A stretch of 64,000 nt of DNA from Octopus sinensis (Eukaryota), in the NCBI RefSeq assembly GCF_006345805.1, contig NC_043014.1, positions 47,368,001 through 47,432,000 on the forward strand. The letters are read 5' to 3'. Below, in pieces: positions 1-12,195 of the stretch. The notes beneath the pieces are model-generated. The model saw only the letters and a list, made by a program, of their open reading frames with translations, ran no database searches and was not told the DNA's origin. A program made the translations under genes and the position numbers. The first letter of the stretch is position 1; every line of letters begins with the position of its first letter.

Positions 1-311
1 AGCCCAGTACTTATTCTATCGGTCTCTTTTGCCGAACCGCTAAGTAACGGGGACGTAAACACACCAGCATCGGTTGTCAAGCAATGCTAGGGGGACAAAC
101 ACAGACACACAAACACACACATACATATATATATATATACATGTATACGACAGGCTTCTTTCAGTTTCCGTCTACCAAATCCACTCACAAGGCTTTGGTC
201 GGCCTGGGGCTATAGCAGAAGACACTTGCCCAAGATGCCACGCAGTGGGACTGAACCCGGAACCATGTGGTTGGTTAGCAAGCTACTTACCACACAGCCA
301 CTCCTGCGCCT
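1..311 (-). mobile_element. tRNA-derived SINE family A (CORE-like), cut by window edge
   Basis: Minus strand starts AGGCGCAGGAGTGGCTGTGTGG (A box), then GGTTCAGTCC (B box), CTTGGGCAAGTGTCTT CORE-like motif and an internal (TA)n; about 20 copies in the window. Confidence 0.85.
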
Positions 312-344
312 ATACATATTTATTTTTCTTTTCTTTCTTTATTT

Positions 345-657
345 TATTTGTTTCAATCATTTGACTGCGGCCATGCTGGAGCACTGCCTTTAGTTTCAGC
401 AAATTGACCCCAGGACTTATTCTTTGTAAGCCTAGTACTTATTCTATCGGTCTCTATTGCTGAACCGCTAAGTGACGGGGACATAAACTCACCAGCATCG
501 GTTGCCAAGCAATGTTGGAGGGGGACAAACACAGACACACAAACATATACACACACACACATCGATATACGACAGGCTTCTTTCAGTTTCTGTCTACCAA
601 ATCCACTCACAAGACTTTGGCCGGCCTGAGGCTATAGTAGAAGACACTCCTGTGCCA
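345..657 (-). mobile_element. SINE family A with internal deletion
   Basis: Matches family A; most of the tRNA head is deleted between two CACT motifs. Confidence 0.8.
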
Positions 658-814
658 TATATACATATTTTATGTATATATCTACACAAAAATTCAGGAT
701 GTTTAAATCTGAGTTGCATATATGCATGCACTTATATAGTAGTCTTTATATTTGTTTAATGCATACTTAAGTGCAGCTAATTATATAAAATCATTATTTA
801 TTGCCCATTTTCCA

Positions 815-945
815 AGCTGACATGGATTGGACCGTTCAACTAGACCTGACAGGCCAGAAGACTGTGTTGAGCTCCACCATCTACTTTGGCATGGTTTCTA
901 CAGCTGGATACTCTTCCTGATGCCAACTATTAAATGTACTGGGTG
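815..945 (-). mobile_element. SINE family C 3' fragment
   Basis: Diverged match to CATGGATTGGACGGTT...CTACGGCTGGATG of family C. Confidence 0.55.
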
Positions 946-1659
946 TTTTTCTGGTTTTTTTTTTTCCATGATACCAGCACTAGTGAGGTTACCAAGTAAT
1001 TTGCAAGACAAAGAAATGACCCCTTGACTGAGGGAGGTGGCTTTGTGTCAGGTGTTGTAGTAGGACAAGAACAGGTGTCTTGCTATAGAGGAGATGAATG
1101 GCTACCCCTGCTAGGGAGAGAAAGATGTTGATGATAAGGTGTCGGGGTGTACCTTCAAAATACAAGAAAGGTGGGTAAGTCTGCAAGAATATAAAAGTAG
1201 AGTGACAGATGATTATAGAATGGAAATAGAAAGTGAATGGTGTGAATAATGAACTAAAGTAGAAGCATAATTGATTGCAAATATCAGTTTGGGGAGTGGA
1301 GAGGTGATGGAAATAAGAGAGGGTCTAGGAAGTGGCGGGGTTGATAAAATAGTTTGCAGAGCGGTAGTATAGTAAAAACCATAGAAATCTGAGAAATAAG
1401 ATATGAAATGGTGGTGGTGGTGGTGGTAAGAGAAGGATGCACAGTGACCGAGATGGAGGTTAGAGATATGTAGGGCTGGATATACTGAATGACAGATGTG
1501 AGGGTGGGGCAAGAGCTCAGGGAAATGGAATGTTTAGGGATCATTTTGAGATGTGGGATGAGTGACAAGGGGAAGTGGTTCCAAGGAGTGGAATAACTTG
1601 TAGCATTGCAGGGTCATATAATTACAACACCTGAATGAGAAGTGCTGTTGTTAGAAGAG

Positions 1660-2215
1660 TGCGGCTCTATAGTTAAGGAACATATCATCTCAGGTTCAGT
1701 TCCACTGCACGGCACCTTTGGCAAGTGCCTTCTGCCATAGCCCCAGGCCAACCAAAGCCTTGTGAAAATATTTATAGAGGGGAACTGAAAAGATCCCAGC
1801 ATGCACACGTGTGTGTGTGTGTATGTCCCCTTGTCTGGATATCATGCGATGGTTGTAAACAAGCCAAAATAAAAATCAAATGGAAATTGTAGTTAAGATA
1901 CCCATGCCGGTGACACGTAAAAACACCATCTGAATGTGGCTGATGCCAGCACCGCCTGACTGGCATCCGTGTTGGTGACATGTAAAAAGCACCAAACGAT
2001 CATGGCCATTAGCCAGCCACCTCTGGCCCCTGTGCCGGTGGCACGTAAAAAGCACCCACTACACTCACGGAGTGGTTGGCGTTAGGAAGGGCATCCAGCT
2101 GTAGAAACACAGCCAAATCAGACTGGAGCCTGGTGCAGCCTCCTAGCTTCTCAGACCCCGGTCGAACCGTCCAACCCGTGCTAGCATGGAAAACGGATGT
2201 TAAACGATGATGATA
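1660..2215 (+). mobile_element. SINE family C (CORE-like head, (GAT)n tail)
   Basis: Degenerate B box and GGCAAGTG motif, repeated GGCACGTAAAAAGCACC units, 3' end GCTAGCATGGAAAACGGATGTTAAACGATGATGA. Confidence 0.75.
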
Positions 2216-2224
2216 TATATATTA

Positions 2225-2398
2225 TCATCATCATCCTCATCATCATTTAGCGTCCGCTTTCCATGCTAGCATGGATTGGACGGTTCAACTGGGGTCTGGG
2301 AAGCCAGAAGGCTGCACCAGGCCCAGTCTGATCTGGCAGTGTTTCTACGGCTGGATGACCTTCCTAACGCCAACCACTCCGTGAGTGTAGTGGGTGGT
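2225..2398 (-). mobile_element. SINE family C 3' part, inverted relative to the preceding copy
   Basis: Reverse complement of 2062-2213. Confidence 0.85.
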
Positions 2399-2399
2399 T

Positions 2400-2625
2400 T
2401 TTGTGTCTATGTTTGCCTCCTCCCCCACCATCACTGCTTGACAACCAATGTTGGTGTGTTTATGTCCCTCTAACTTAGCTGTTCAGCAAAAGAGACCAAT
2501 AAAATAAGTACTAGGCTTGAGAAATAAGTCCTGGGGTCAATTTATTTTATCAAAACTCTTTGAGGCGGAGCTCCAGCACGGCTGCAGTCAAATGACAAAC
2601 AAGTAAATGAGTAACAGAATAAAAG
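2400..2625 (+). mobile_element. SINE family A 3' half, diverged
   Basis: GCTTGACAACCAATGTTGGTGTGTTT...AAGTACTAGGCTT...CAGTCAAATGAC. Confidence 0.65.
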
Positions 2626-3065
2626 AATATGTATATTCTAAACAATCACATAATCCCAAATCTAATCAATAAAAAAATTACTTTAAAACACCTCTCCACA
2701 ACAACCCCACTAAAACCCTAATTGCCACTCCACTCAAACTCACACAACCAAGGAAGATTTTAACTGAATGGAGACTATGTAGAGGCAAGGTTAACTTTAA
2801 TGCATCACAGTCTTAGCTGACAACAGCATTCCTGTCAAAGAGTAATTAATGTGTTGTATTTCGAGGGATGGTCGTTTTTTTTTCTTTTTTTTTTGGCTAA
2901 ATAAACATACACACTATTAAGTGGAGCAGGAGCACACACAAAGATGGGAAGTGTCGCTGAGGAGGTCACAGATGTATAAAAAAAAGATTTCTAGACAATG
3001 GACATGAGTTAAAATAAGAACAGATATATAGTAGGTGTGTTTATTTGGCAAAAAAAAAAAAAAAT

Positions 3066-3229
3066 GGCCAGGAGTAGCTGTGTGGTAAGTAGCTTGCTAA
3101 CCAACCACATGGTTCAGGGTTCAGTCCCAGTGCGTGGCATCTTGGGCAAGTGTCTTCTACTATAGCCCCGGGTCGACCAATGCCTTGTGAGTGGATTTGG
3201 TAGACGGAAACTGAAAGAAGCCTGTTGTA

Positions 3230-3292
<63 letters not shown>

Positions 3293-3500
3293 ATGTGTGT
3301 CTGTGTTTGTCTCCCTAGCATTGCTTGACAACCGATGCTGGTGTGTTTACGTCCCCGTGACTTAGCAGTCTGGCAAAAGAGACCGATAGAATAAGTACTG
3401 GGCTTACAAAGAATAAGTACCGGGGTTGATTTGCTCTACTAAAGGTGGTGCTCCAGCATGGCTGCAGTCAAATGACTGAAACAAGTAAAAGAGTAAAGAG
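3066..3500 (+). mobile_element. SINE family A
   Basis: Full head, (TA)n and tail GAAACAAGTAAAAGAGTAAAGAG. Confidence 0.85.
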
Positions 3501-3642
3501 TATCCCAAAATACAACAATATCTGTTTCAACACACGGTTTCACATCAGGAATCTTGCAACACAAACTGATAAAAGTTATAAATTTGTAGTCTATAAAAGT
3601 ATTAAGTAACCCATCAGAGTAATGTAAAATTGTTTTTATTAT

Positions 3643-3839
3643 GACTCTTTTACTCTTTTACTTGTTTCAGTCATTTGACTGCGGCCATACTGGAGCACCG
3701 CCTTTAGTCGAGCAAATCAACCCCGGGACTTATTCTTTGTAAGCCTAGTACTTATTCTTTCGGTCTCTTTTGCCAAACCGCTAAGTGACGGGGCTGTAAA
3801 CACACCAGCATCGGTTTTCAAGCAATGCTAGGGGGACAA

Positions 3840-3876
<37 letters not shown>

Positions 3877-4036
3877 CATATATACGACAGACTTCTTTCA
3901 GTTTCCGTCTACCAAATCCACTCACAAGGCATTGGTCGGCCCGGGGCTATAGCAGAAGACACTTGCCCAAGATGCCACACAGTGGGACTGAACCCGGAAC
4001 CATGTGGTTGGTTAGCAAGCTACTTACCACACAGCC
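3643..4036 (-). mobile_element. SINE family A
   Basis: Near full length, inverted relative to 3066-3500. Confidence 0.85.
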
Positions 4037-4049
4037 AAAAAAAAATATT

Positions 4050-4410
4050 AACAAGACCACTCAGAGAGCGCAAACCTCCACCAAAGCAACACCAACATTC
4101 TCCCTATGATTAGCCAGAGATAATTTTTAAAATGAGAATATCTGATATAAACTCAACTGCTCTCACAAACGAGAATACTTAAAATGAACCCAACTGCTCT
4201 CAAAAATTAAGTAAAAAACTGGAAAAATAATCCAGATTCCTTGTCCAGTATCAAATTGATCCCCAAATCCAATCAGTTTATGCCAGTCATGAGGCCAAAC
4301 ATCCCTGAAAATTTCATCCGAATCCATCCTGTGGTTCTTGAGATATCTTGTCTATAGACAAACAAACACAACTGAAAATAATACTTCTGCCTACACTAAG
4401 GCGGGAGTAA
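4050..4410 (+). mobile_element. Non-autonomous Helentron/DINE-1-like element
   Basis: 5' AACAAGACCACTCAGAGAGCGCAAACCTCCACCAAAG, internal AAATTTCATCCGAATCC...GACAAACAAAC, 3' hairpin CTTCTGCC...AGGCGGGAG; typical HINE layout recognised from memory. Confidence 0.5.
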
Positions 4411-4797
4411 TAAATATATATATATGTCATTGTTCAGTTTTATTTCAAGATTTCTTGCCAAGAAAGAGCTGGTTTTTAACCTAGATTCATTGGAATTTTA
4501 ACACCAACAACAGGGTATGTATGTATGTGTGGTGTGTGTAGCATATAACTGACTCATCTATGTTAGAAAGTTTATATGTTGTATCCAAGCTTGCAGAAAT
4601 GTTAGAACTTTCAATGATGCGATGAGGAAACAGGTTTATAAGGAAATTAGTGATGATAGTGTGAGTGAGTAATTAAGGGTTTTATACTTGATGCTAGGAA
4701 GAGAGAGACAAACATGATTTGGTATGTGGAAAGGCTGTGTTGTAGCCAGAAGTCCTGTGACTTGATCCCACAATCATTGTTGGTGTTGATAGTTTTA

Positions 4798-5010
4798 TAC
4801 TCTTTTACTTGTTTCAGTCATTTGACTGTGGCCATGCTGGAGCATCGCCTTTAATCGAGCAACTCGACCCCGGGACTTATTCTTTTGTAAGCCCAGTACT
4901 TATTCTATCAGTCTCTTTTGCCGAACCGCTAAGTAACGGGGACATAAACACACCAGCATCAGTTGTCAAGCAATGCTAGGGGGACAAACACAGACACACA
5001 AACACACACA

Positions 5011-5066
<56 letters not shown>

Positions 5067-5232
5067 TATGACGGGCTTCTTTCAGTTTTCGTCTACCAAA
5101 TCCACTCACAAGGCTTTGGTCGGCCCGAGGCTATAGTAGAAGACACTTGCCCAAGGTGCCACGCAGTGGGACTGAACCTGGAACCATGTGGTTGGTAAAC
5201 AAGCTACTTACCACACAACCACTCCTGCGCCT
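4798..5232 (-). mobile_element. SINE family A
   Basis: Full-length match. Confidence 0.85.
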
Positions 5233-5597
5233 TTATATTTAGGAAGAGTAAACAACTTGGCTCATTGGTAGTCTTCATTGTATCTATCCTAATGTTTTGA
5301 GTTCAAATCTCATCATAGCCAATGTTTCATTTAATTTTTTTTATCGTAGTTTGAAACGTACCAGTAATATTAGTAGAAGTAGATTTCTTCCCTCATAAAC
5401 AAATTGATTCTGACCAGTCACTGGTAGGATTGAGTTTTTCTTTACATTCTGAGATAAATCCTGACTGGGTTGTCTTTGTGTTATGTACCAGTTATGAACT
5501 GGGGTTGTTTAAATTGGCTCTTCAGAGTCTCAGAATGTGTGGCCAACAGTTCTGTGACAAATAAACCATCATCGTTATTATTATGATAGCGAGGTGG

Positions 5598-6022
5598 TAA
5601 GTTGGCTGAATCATTAGCACGCTGGGCGAAATGCTTAGTGATATTTCGTCTGCCACTATGTTCTGAGTTCAAATTCCGTCGAAGTCGACTTTGTCTTTCA
5701 TCTTTTTGAAGTCAATGAAATAAGTACCAGTCATGCACTGGAGTCGGTGTATTTGACTAGCCCCACCCACCAAATTTTCAAGGCCTTGGGCCTAGAGTAA
5801 GAATAATTATTATTAGGATAGAAAGGATTGGTAGAGTTGTTAGCATGTTGGTCGAAATGCTTAGTGTGGCATTTCTTCTGGCCTTTACATTCTGAGTTCA
5901 AATTCCGTTGAAGTCAACCATACCTTTCCATTCTTTCAGGGCCCGATAAAATAAGTACCAGTGGAGCACTGGGGTCAATGTATTCAACTATCCTCCTCCC
6001 ACAAATTTCTACAGTAATAAGG

Positions 6023-6091
<69 letters not shown>

Positions 6092-6320
6092 AATAATAAT
6101 ACTAATAATTAGGTGAGCTGGCAGAATCATTAGCACACTGGACAAAGTGCTTTGTGACATTTTTTTAGACTTTACATTCTGAGTTCAAATTCCACTGAGG
6201 TTGACTTTACCTTTTATCCTTTCGGGGTCAAAAAAATAAAGTCCCAGTCGAGCGCTGGTGTTGATGTTTTTGACTTGCTCCTCTCACCAAATTTCAGACC
6301 TAGTGCTTATAATACAAACA
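5598..6320 (+). mobile_element. SINE family B, three diverged head-to-tail copies with (ATT)n tails
   Basis: GAGCTGGCAGAATCATTAGCAC...GAGTTCAAATTCC...GACTTTGCCTTTCATCCTTTCGGGGTCGATAAA core repeated three times. Confidence 0.8.
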
Positions 6321-6323
6321 ATT

Positions 6324-6354
<31 letters not shown>

Positions 6355-6750
6355 TTATTATTGATATATTTTATAAAATAAAAATCCCCAAAACACATTA
6401 AACAAAAGAAAAAAAGTTTCCATAATTGAGTTAAAGAGTGTGATTATAGTAAATTGAGTCAGGATGCTGTCTCCCCTTGGTACCCCTGTTCTCTTCACCC
6501 CTACCGCAGCCCCCCAGTAGAATTAGCTATATTTAGGAAGCAGCAGCAATTTCTGGGGGGGGGGGTGGTACTGTCTTTCTGACTACTACAGCTGCTACTG
6601 ATGATCATGATGATCGTGATGATGCTGTTGGTGTTGTTGTCATACTTCTTCCCCCCTCTCTCTTTGTCTTCTCTCACCACCACCCTTTTCCTGCTGCTGC
6701 TGCTGCTACTATTTCTACAATACCCTTTCTCCCCCACTCCTTGCTGCTAG

Positions 6751-6855
6751 TCTATTACTGACATTATGGTAGACAACAGCCTTCATCTAACTGCTCCTCC
6801 TCTGCATTCTCACTCCTATGGACAAATAATAGACTTTACAGATCACACAAATCAG
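6751..6855 (+). CDS. Candidate phase-0 exon SITDIMVDNSLHLTAPPLHSHSYGQIIDFTDHTNQ (or first coding exon from ATG 6766)
   Basis: Long pyrimidine tract ending CTAG at 6750, donor CAG|GTATAT at 6855/6856, only one open frame, non-repetitive composition; no family recognised. Confidence 0.35.
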
Positions 6856-7459
6856 GTATATTTTTCTCTCTCTCTCTATCCTCCTCTCTCTCCCTGTGTG
6901 TCGTCACACCTCATCTCCCTGCCTTTCATTGCCTCAGCTATAAAAGATTTCCTTTCTTGCTGTTTGGCCCCCTACTTGGTCAAGTCAGCTAATAATAATC
7001 GAAGGGTATGGCATACCAGTCACGACCATCCCGTCTTATTTACAGGCATGCCACACGAGACTACAATGTCGGCCCGGCCCGCGTGATATGAGGGTGATTT
7101 GACTAGTCTTTCTAGCAGCTCGCCGCCGGATCGTGTAGATTGTCTCGTTGGATCTCCGTTGTTATGTGTTATCATTGTTGTTGTCAGTTCTAACCCCGCC
7201 CTTGTCCCATTAGATACAACCAGGACATAGCATGCTTTAAACTATAAAAACTTCTCACAAAATATACTTTTGCTGTTGTTGTTTTGTATTCTGCCACCCC
7301 TATTTCTAGACTTAATGTTCCAATATCGTGTAGATAGCTATAACCCTTTTAATCAAGTTGATGATGATGATGATAATGTTGATGTTATTTTTGTATAATT
7401 TTGTAAATAATGTTTATCATTCTTTCCTTTTATTCATTGTGTGTGTGTGTAGGTATGAT

Positions 7460-7873
7460 GACGAGCTGGCAGAAATGTTAGCACGCCGGGCGAAATGCTT
7501 AGCGGTATTTCGTCTGCCGTTACGTTGTGGGTTCAAATTCCGCCGATGTCGACTTTGCCTTTCATCCTTTCGGGGTCGGTAAATTAAGTACCAGTTACGC
7601 ACTGGGGAGTCGATGTAATCGACTTAATACCTATGTCTGTCCTAGTTTGTGCCTTCTATGTTTAGCCCCTTGTGGGTAATAAAGAAATAGGTATTTCGTC
7701 TGCCGTTACGTTGTGGGTTCAAATTCCGCCGAGGTCGACTTTGCCTTTCATCCTTTCGAGGTCGGTAAATTAAGTACCAGTTACGCACTGGGGTCGATGT
7801 AATCGACTTAATACCTATGTCTGTCCTTGTTTGTCCCTTCTATGTTTAGCCCCTTGTGGGTAATAAAGAAATA
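7460..7873 (+). mobile_element. SINE family B, two young tandem copies
   Basis: Near-identical units; the second is 5'-truncated at GTATTTCGTCTGCC. Confidence 0.85.
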
Positions 7874-8321
7874 GGTATGAGTCTATGTGTGAATGTATAA
7901 CTGTTTATATAGGTATGTTTCGTGTGTGTGTGTGTGTGTGTATAGGTATGAATGTGATTATTATGTATATATATACATATATAATTGAATGTTCGTATGT
8001 CTGCAGGAATGTTTGTAAATATTTTTGTTATTGTCCAAAACAAGATGCAGAGCAAAATAATTAATAATAATAAACCACCAATACAGCAACAACAACAACA
8101 CTAGTGATAATAATGGTGATGGATTTTTTTTCTTTATTGTTACTGCCAACACCCATCCGTTTGTGCATTTAATATATATATATACGCAGTGTTTGTATGT
8201 GTGGATATAAACAAAACAAAGTTAGACTAAAATGAGGAGTGGGACTCAGACGCATTTTACATCTTGGCAACATTTTAAAACGGTTTTTTTAAGCTTTCGT
8301 AAAAATCAGCAAAATATTATT

Positions 8322-8382
<61 letters not shown>

Positions 8383-8384
<2 letters not shown>

Positions 8385-8877
8385 CTCTTTTACTTGTTTC
8401 AGTCATTTTGACTGCGGCCATGCTGGAACACCGCCTTTAGTCGAGCAAATCGACCCCGGGACTTATTCTTTGTAAGCCCGGTACTTATTCTATCGGTTCC
8501 TTTTTGCCGAACCGCTAAGTGACGGGGACGTAAACACACCAGCATCGGTTGTCAAGCAATGCTAGGGGGACAAACACACACATGTATATATATATATATA
8601 TCTATATATATAACGGGAAGCTTTATGAAAATAAACAAAAGACGAAGGCAGGTGGAATACAAACAAACAATTGTATTAGTATGGCGCTCAATTATATATA
8701 TATGTATATATATATACATATATACGACAGGCTTCTTTCAGTTTCTGTCTACCAAATCCACTCACAAGGCATTGGTCGGCCCGGGGCTATAGCAGAAGAC
8801 ACTTGCCCAAGATGCCACGTAGTGGGACTGAACCCGGAACCATGTGGTTGGTTAGCAAGCTACTTACCACACAGCCA
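8383..8877 (-). mobile_element. SINE family A with ~80-bp foreign insert in its (TA)n
   Basis: Family A match; insert at about 8612-8690. Confidence 0.8.
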
Positions 8878-9109
8878 ATATTTAATATAATTTAAGAAAA
8901 CAATAAACGTCACCCATGCCCAGATGCTGGTGAAAGCACATGAGTTAGGTTAGGTAGGACCAACGCAGTATTCTGTTTGTCTCTTGTTGTATTGTAATGT
9001 GGTGCAGCCAGAGGCCCCTGTGACCATGTGACACAATGTCCTACCATTTCAATACTTCTGAAATTCAGACACTAATGCTCCCTTCTCCAGCATATATGTA
9101 CCTTTCTAC

Positions 9110-9295
9110 TATAGGCACAAGGCTTGAAATTTTGGGAGGAAGGGTGCTAGTCAGTTTACATCAACCCCAGCGCTGAACTGGTACTTACTTTATCAACCCC
9201 GAAAGGATAAAAGGCAATGTCAGCCTTGGCAGAATTTGAACTCAAGACATAAAGTCTGCTTAGTATTTTGCCTAGCACAGTAACAATTCTCCCCC
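9110..9295 (-). mobile_element. SINE family B, diverged
   Basis: GGTACTTACTTTATCAACCCCGAAAGGATAAAAGGCAA...GAATTTGAACTCA. Confidence 0.7.
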
Positions 9296-9671
9296 ATTAT
9301 ATTATTACCATCATTTATACACACCAAAAGGGCCAAGTTTGCTCCTCCTGGGGATATTCAGGACTGTGAACCTCATATTGTCCCATGCACTTTTTTTGGG
9401 GAGGGCTAATTTTTGTTTGTTTCTACTTGACTTCAAAGTTTGATATTCCTGTTCTAGACTACATTTGTCCCCCCCTCCCATAATGAGTATCTATTTGACT
9501 AATTACTCATTGTGTGTTGGCAGTGAATATTTTGTAGTTAAGATTTGTATCTCATCGTGAAATTGTTCCACTTTAGGTGGAATAGTGAGTAGTGTTGTTT
9601 TATATATATATATATACAAATTGAGATAGGGGTTGTAAGTGCAACCCTCCAGTTTCTCCATTTTCTTATTT

Positions 9672-9712
<41 letters not shown>

Positions 9713-9744
9713 GAAAAATATTTTAAATAGATAATAATAAAGAT

Positions 9745-9951
9745 ATGACCGTGTGTGTACCATTGGTGATTTTTTTCCTCTGTCTTCCCTTCTCTGGATC
9801 TTTCTTTCTCCTATGTTTCCGACGAAGAGCTCTGCTCGAAACATTAAACCCTCCTTCTTCCCTTCCTTCCTGAGTGTCCAATAATACTATATTTGTTCCA
9901 CGTCCTCGCGTTGTTGTGTTTTCTCTTTGCGTTTTCATGTTTGGATTAACT
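9745..9951 (+). mobile_element. Family H hammerhead-motif element, copy 1
   Basis: ~200-bp repeat next to (TA)n carrying GTTTCCGACGAAGAGCTCTGCTCGAAACATTAAAC at 9815-9849. Confidence 0.75.
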
Positions 9952-9984
9952 TTATATATATATATATATATCTATATATATATA

Positions 9985-10200
9985 TATCATCACCATTTAG
10001 CATCTATTTTCCATGCTGGCATGGGTAAGATAGTTTCACTAGGGCTGGTAAGCCAGAGAGCTGCACCAGGCTCCAGTTTGTTTTGACTTGGTTTGTGCAG
10101 TGGAATGTCCTTCCTCATGCCAACCACTCCGCAGAGTGTACTGGATGCCTTTTACGTGTTACCAATACAGGTACTTTTTATGTGTCCCTGGCACTGGCCA
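9985..10200 (-). mobile_element. SINE family C fragment
   Basis: CATCACCATTTAGCATCTATTTTCCATGCTGGCATGG...GCCAACCACTCCG. Confidence 0.65.
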
Positions 10201-10500
10201 AGAACACACACACACACAAATGATTATGAATTAGAGCTAATTTCAAAATTATTGAAATTAGTTGAGAATTTTCAGTTGACATTCATCCAAGAATAATAAA
10301 ACTAAGATCCAAACCATGTTTCCTGACAAATTAATGAAAAAATATTTAAAATCATAATTAAGATATTTCCTCTTTATCATCTGATGAAATTGTATCAGTG
10401 TCTCTCAAAATTATAATGATGCCCTTCACAGTAGCAGCTTCTCAAATGAAATGCAATATACACCTCAAAATTTCCAAAAGCATAAGATTGGATCTAGAAA

Positions 10501-10888
10501 TAGGCGCAGGAGTGGCTGTGTGGTAAGTAGCTTGCTTACCAACCACATGGTTCCGGGTTCAGTCCCACTGCGTGGCACCTTGGGTAAGTGTCTTCTACTA
10601 TAGCCTCAGGCCGACCAAAGCCTTGTGAGTGAATTTGGTAGACGGAAACTGAAAGAAGCCCGTCATATATATGTGTGTGTATATATATATATGTATGTGT
10701 GTGTGTATGTTTCGCTTCACAGCCGATGCTGGTGTGTTTACCTCCCTGTAACTTTGCGGTTCGGCAAAAGAGACCGATAGAATAAGTACTAGGCTTACAA
10801 AGAATACATCCTGTGGTCGATTTGCTCGACTAAAGGTGTTGCTCCAACATGGCCACAGTCAAATGACTGAAATGAGTAAAAGAGTAAA
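10501..10888 (+). mobile_element. SINE family A
   Basis: Full-length match. Confidence 0.85.
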
Positions 10889-11471
10889 ATATTTCTTGGT
10901 ATAATCTAACTGAATTTAAATTTTTATCGTTTTCTGATGACCCATAAAATCAGATCTTTAGCAGAAGTTCAATTGAAGTTCTTGTTGCAATTTCATTTGC
11001 TTAATTAATCATTTAAATTGACTTTTCAATGTCAATTATATTGTCTCTTCTCTTACCTGTAGTTGTATTGATCGAAACAATTGCCCTTTCAACAGTAATT
11101 GTTTTTCAAAAGCATTACTTTATTGTGCTAAAGTAAAACCAGATAATAGCAGTGCATTCATCTCTTGCTTTGAGATTCACTGAAATAAAGGTTTTAACAG
11201 CATACTCATTCTTTCAAGCATCTTTTATCTTTTTACTTGTTTTGATCATGCTGGGGCACTGCTTTGAAAAGTTTAATCAAGCAAATCAACCTCAGTATTT
11301 TTTTTAACACCTGGTACTTATTCTGTTGTTTTCATTTGCCAAATCACTAACAGGGTGTAAAAAAAAAAATCAACACCAGTTGTTCTGGGGGAGGGGTGGG
11401 AGGGTGACAAACACACACACACATACACACACACACACACATACATACATACATACATGTGTGTGTGTGTA

Positions 11472-11605
11472 TGTGGAAGCACAATGGCTCAGTGGACTCG
11501 TAGTCGTAGGATCATGGTTTCGATTCCCAGACCAGGCGTTGTGAGTGTTTATTGAGTGAAAACACCTAAAGCTCCACGTGGCTCCGGCAGGGAGTGATGG
11601 CGATC
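11472..11605 (+). mobile_element. tRNA-derived SINE family D, 5' part
   Basis: GTGGAAGCACAATGGCTCAGTGG...GGTTTCGATTCCCAGACC; homologous to 32395-32665. Confidence 0.7.
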
Positions 11606-11723
11606 CCTTCACGTAGATCAGTGGTTTCTTGGGGCTCCACATACGATTTTGTTGTTAAAATATATCTGCAATAAATTGGTTATACTTCTGAAATACACAA
11701 AATATTTTAACTTTTTTTTATAT

Positions 11724-12195
11724 AGGCGCAGGAGTGGCTGTGTGGTAAGTAGCTTGCTTACCAACCACATGATTCTGGGTTCAGTCTCACTGCGTGGCAC
11801 CTTGGGCAAGTGTCTTCTACTATAGCCTCAGGCCGACCAAAGCCTTGTAAGTGGATTTGGTGGACGGAAACTGAAAGAAGCCCGTCGTATATATGTATGT
11901 ATGTATATATATATATATTATATATATATATATAATATATATGTGTGTGTGTGGTGTGTGTGTGTGTGTATATGTTTGTGTGGCTGTGTTTGTCCCCCCA
12001 ACATTGCTTGACAACTGATGCTGGTGTGTTTACGTCCCCGTAACTTAGCGATTCAGCAAAAGAGACTGATAGACTAAGTATTAAGCTTACAAAGAATAAG
12101 TCCTGGGGTCGATTTACTCGACTAAAGGCGATGCTCCAGCATGGCCGCAGTCAAATGACTGAAACAAGTAAAAGAGTAAAAGAGAGAGAGTAAAG
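11724..12195 (+). mobile_element. SINE family A
   Basis: Full-length match. Confidence 0.85.

Noticed and set aside
74-364. Recurrent MSSNARGTNT...YDRLLSVSVYQIHSQG ORF family
   Set aside because: Antisense translation of SINE family A, with length set by the internal microsatellite.
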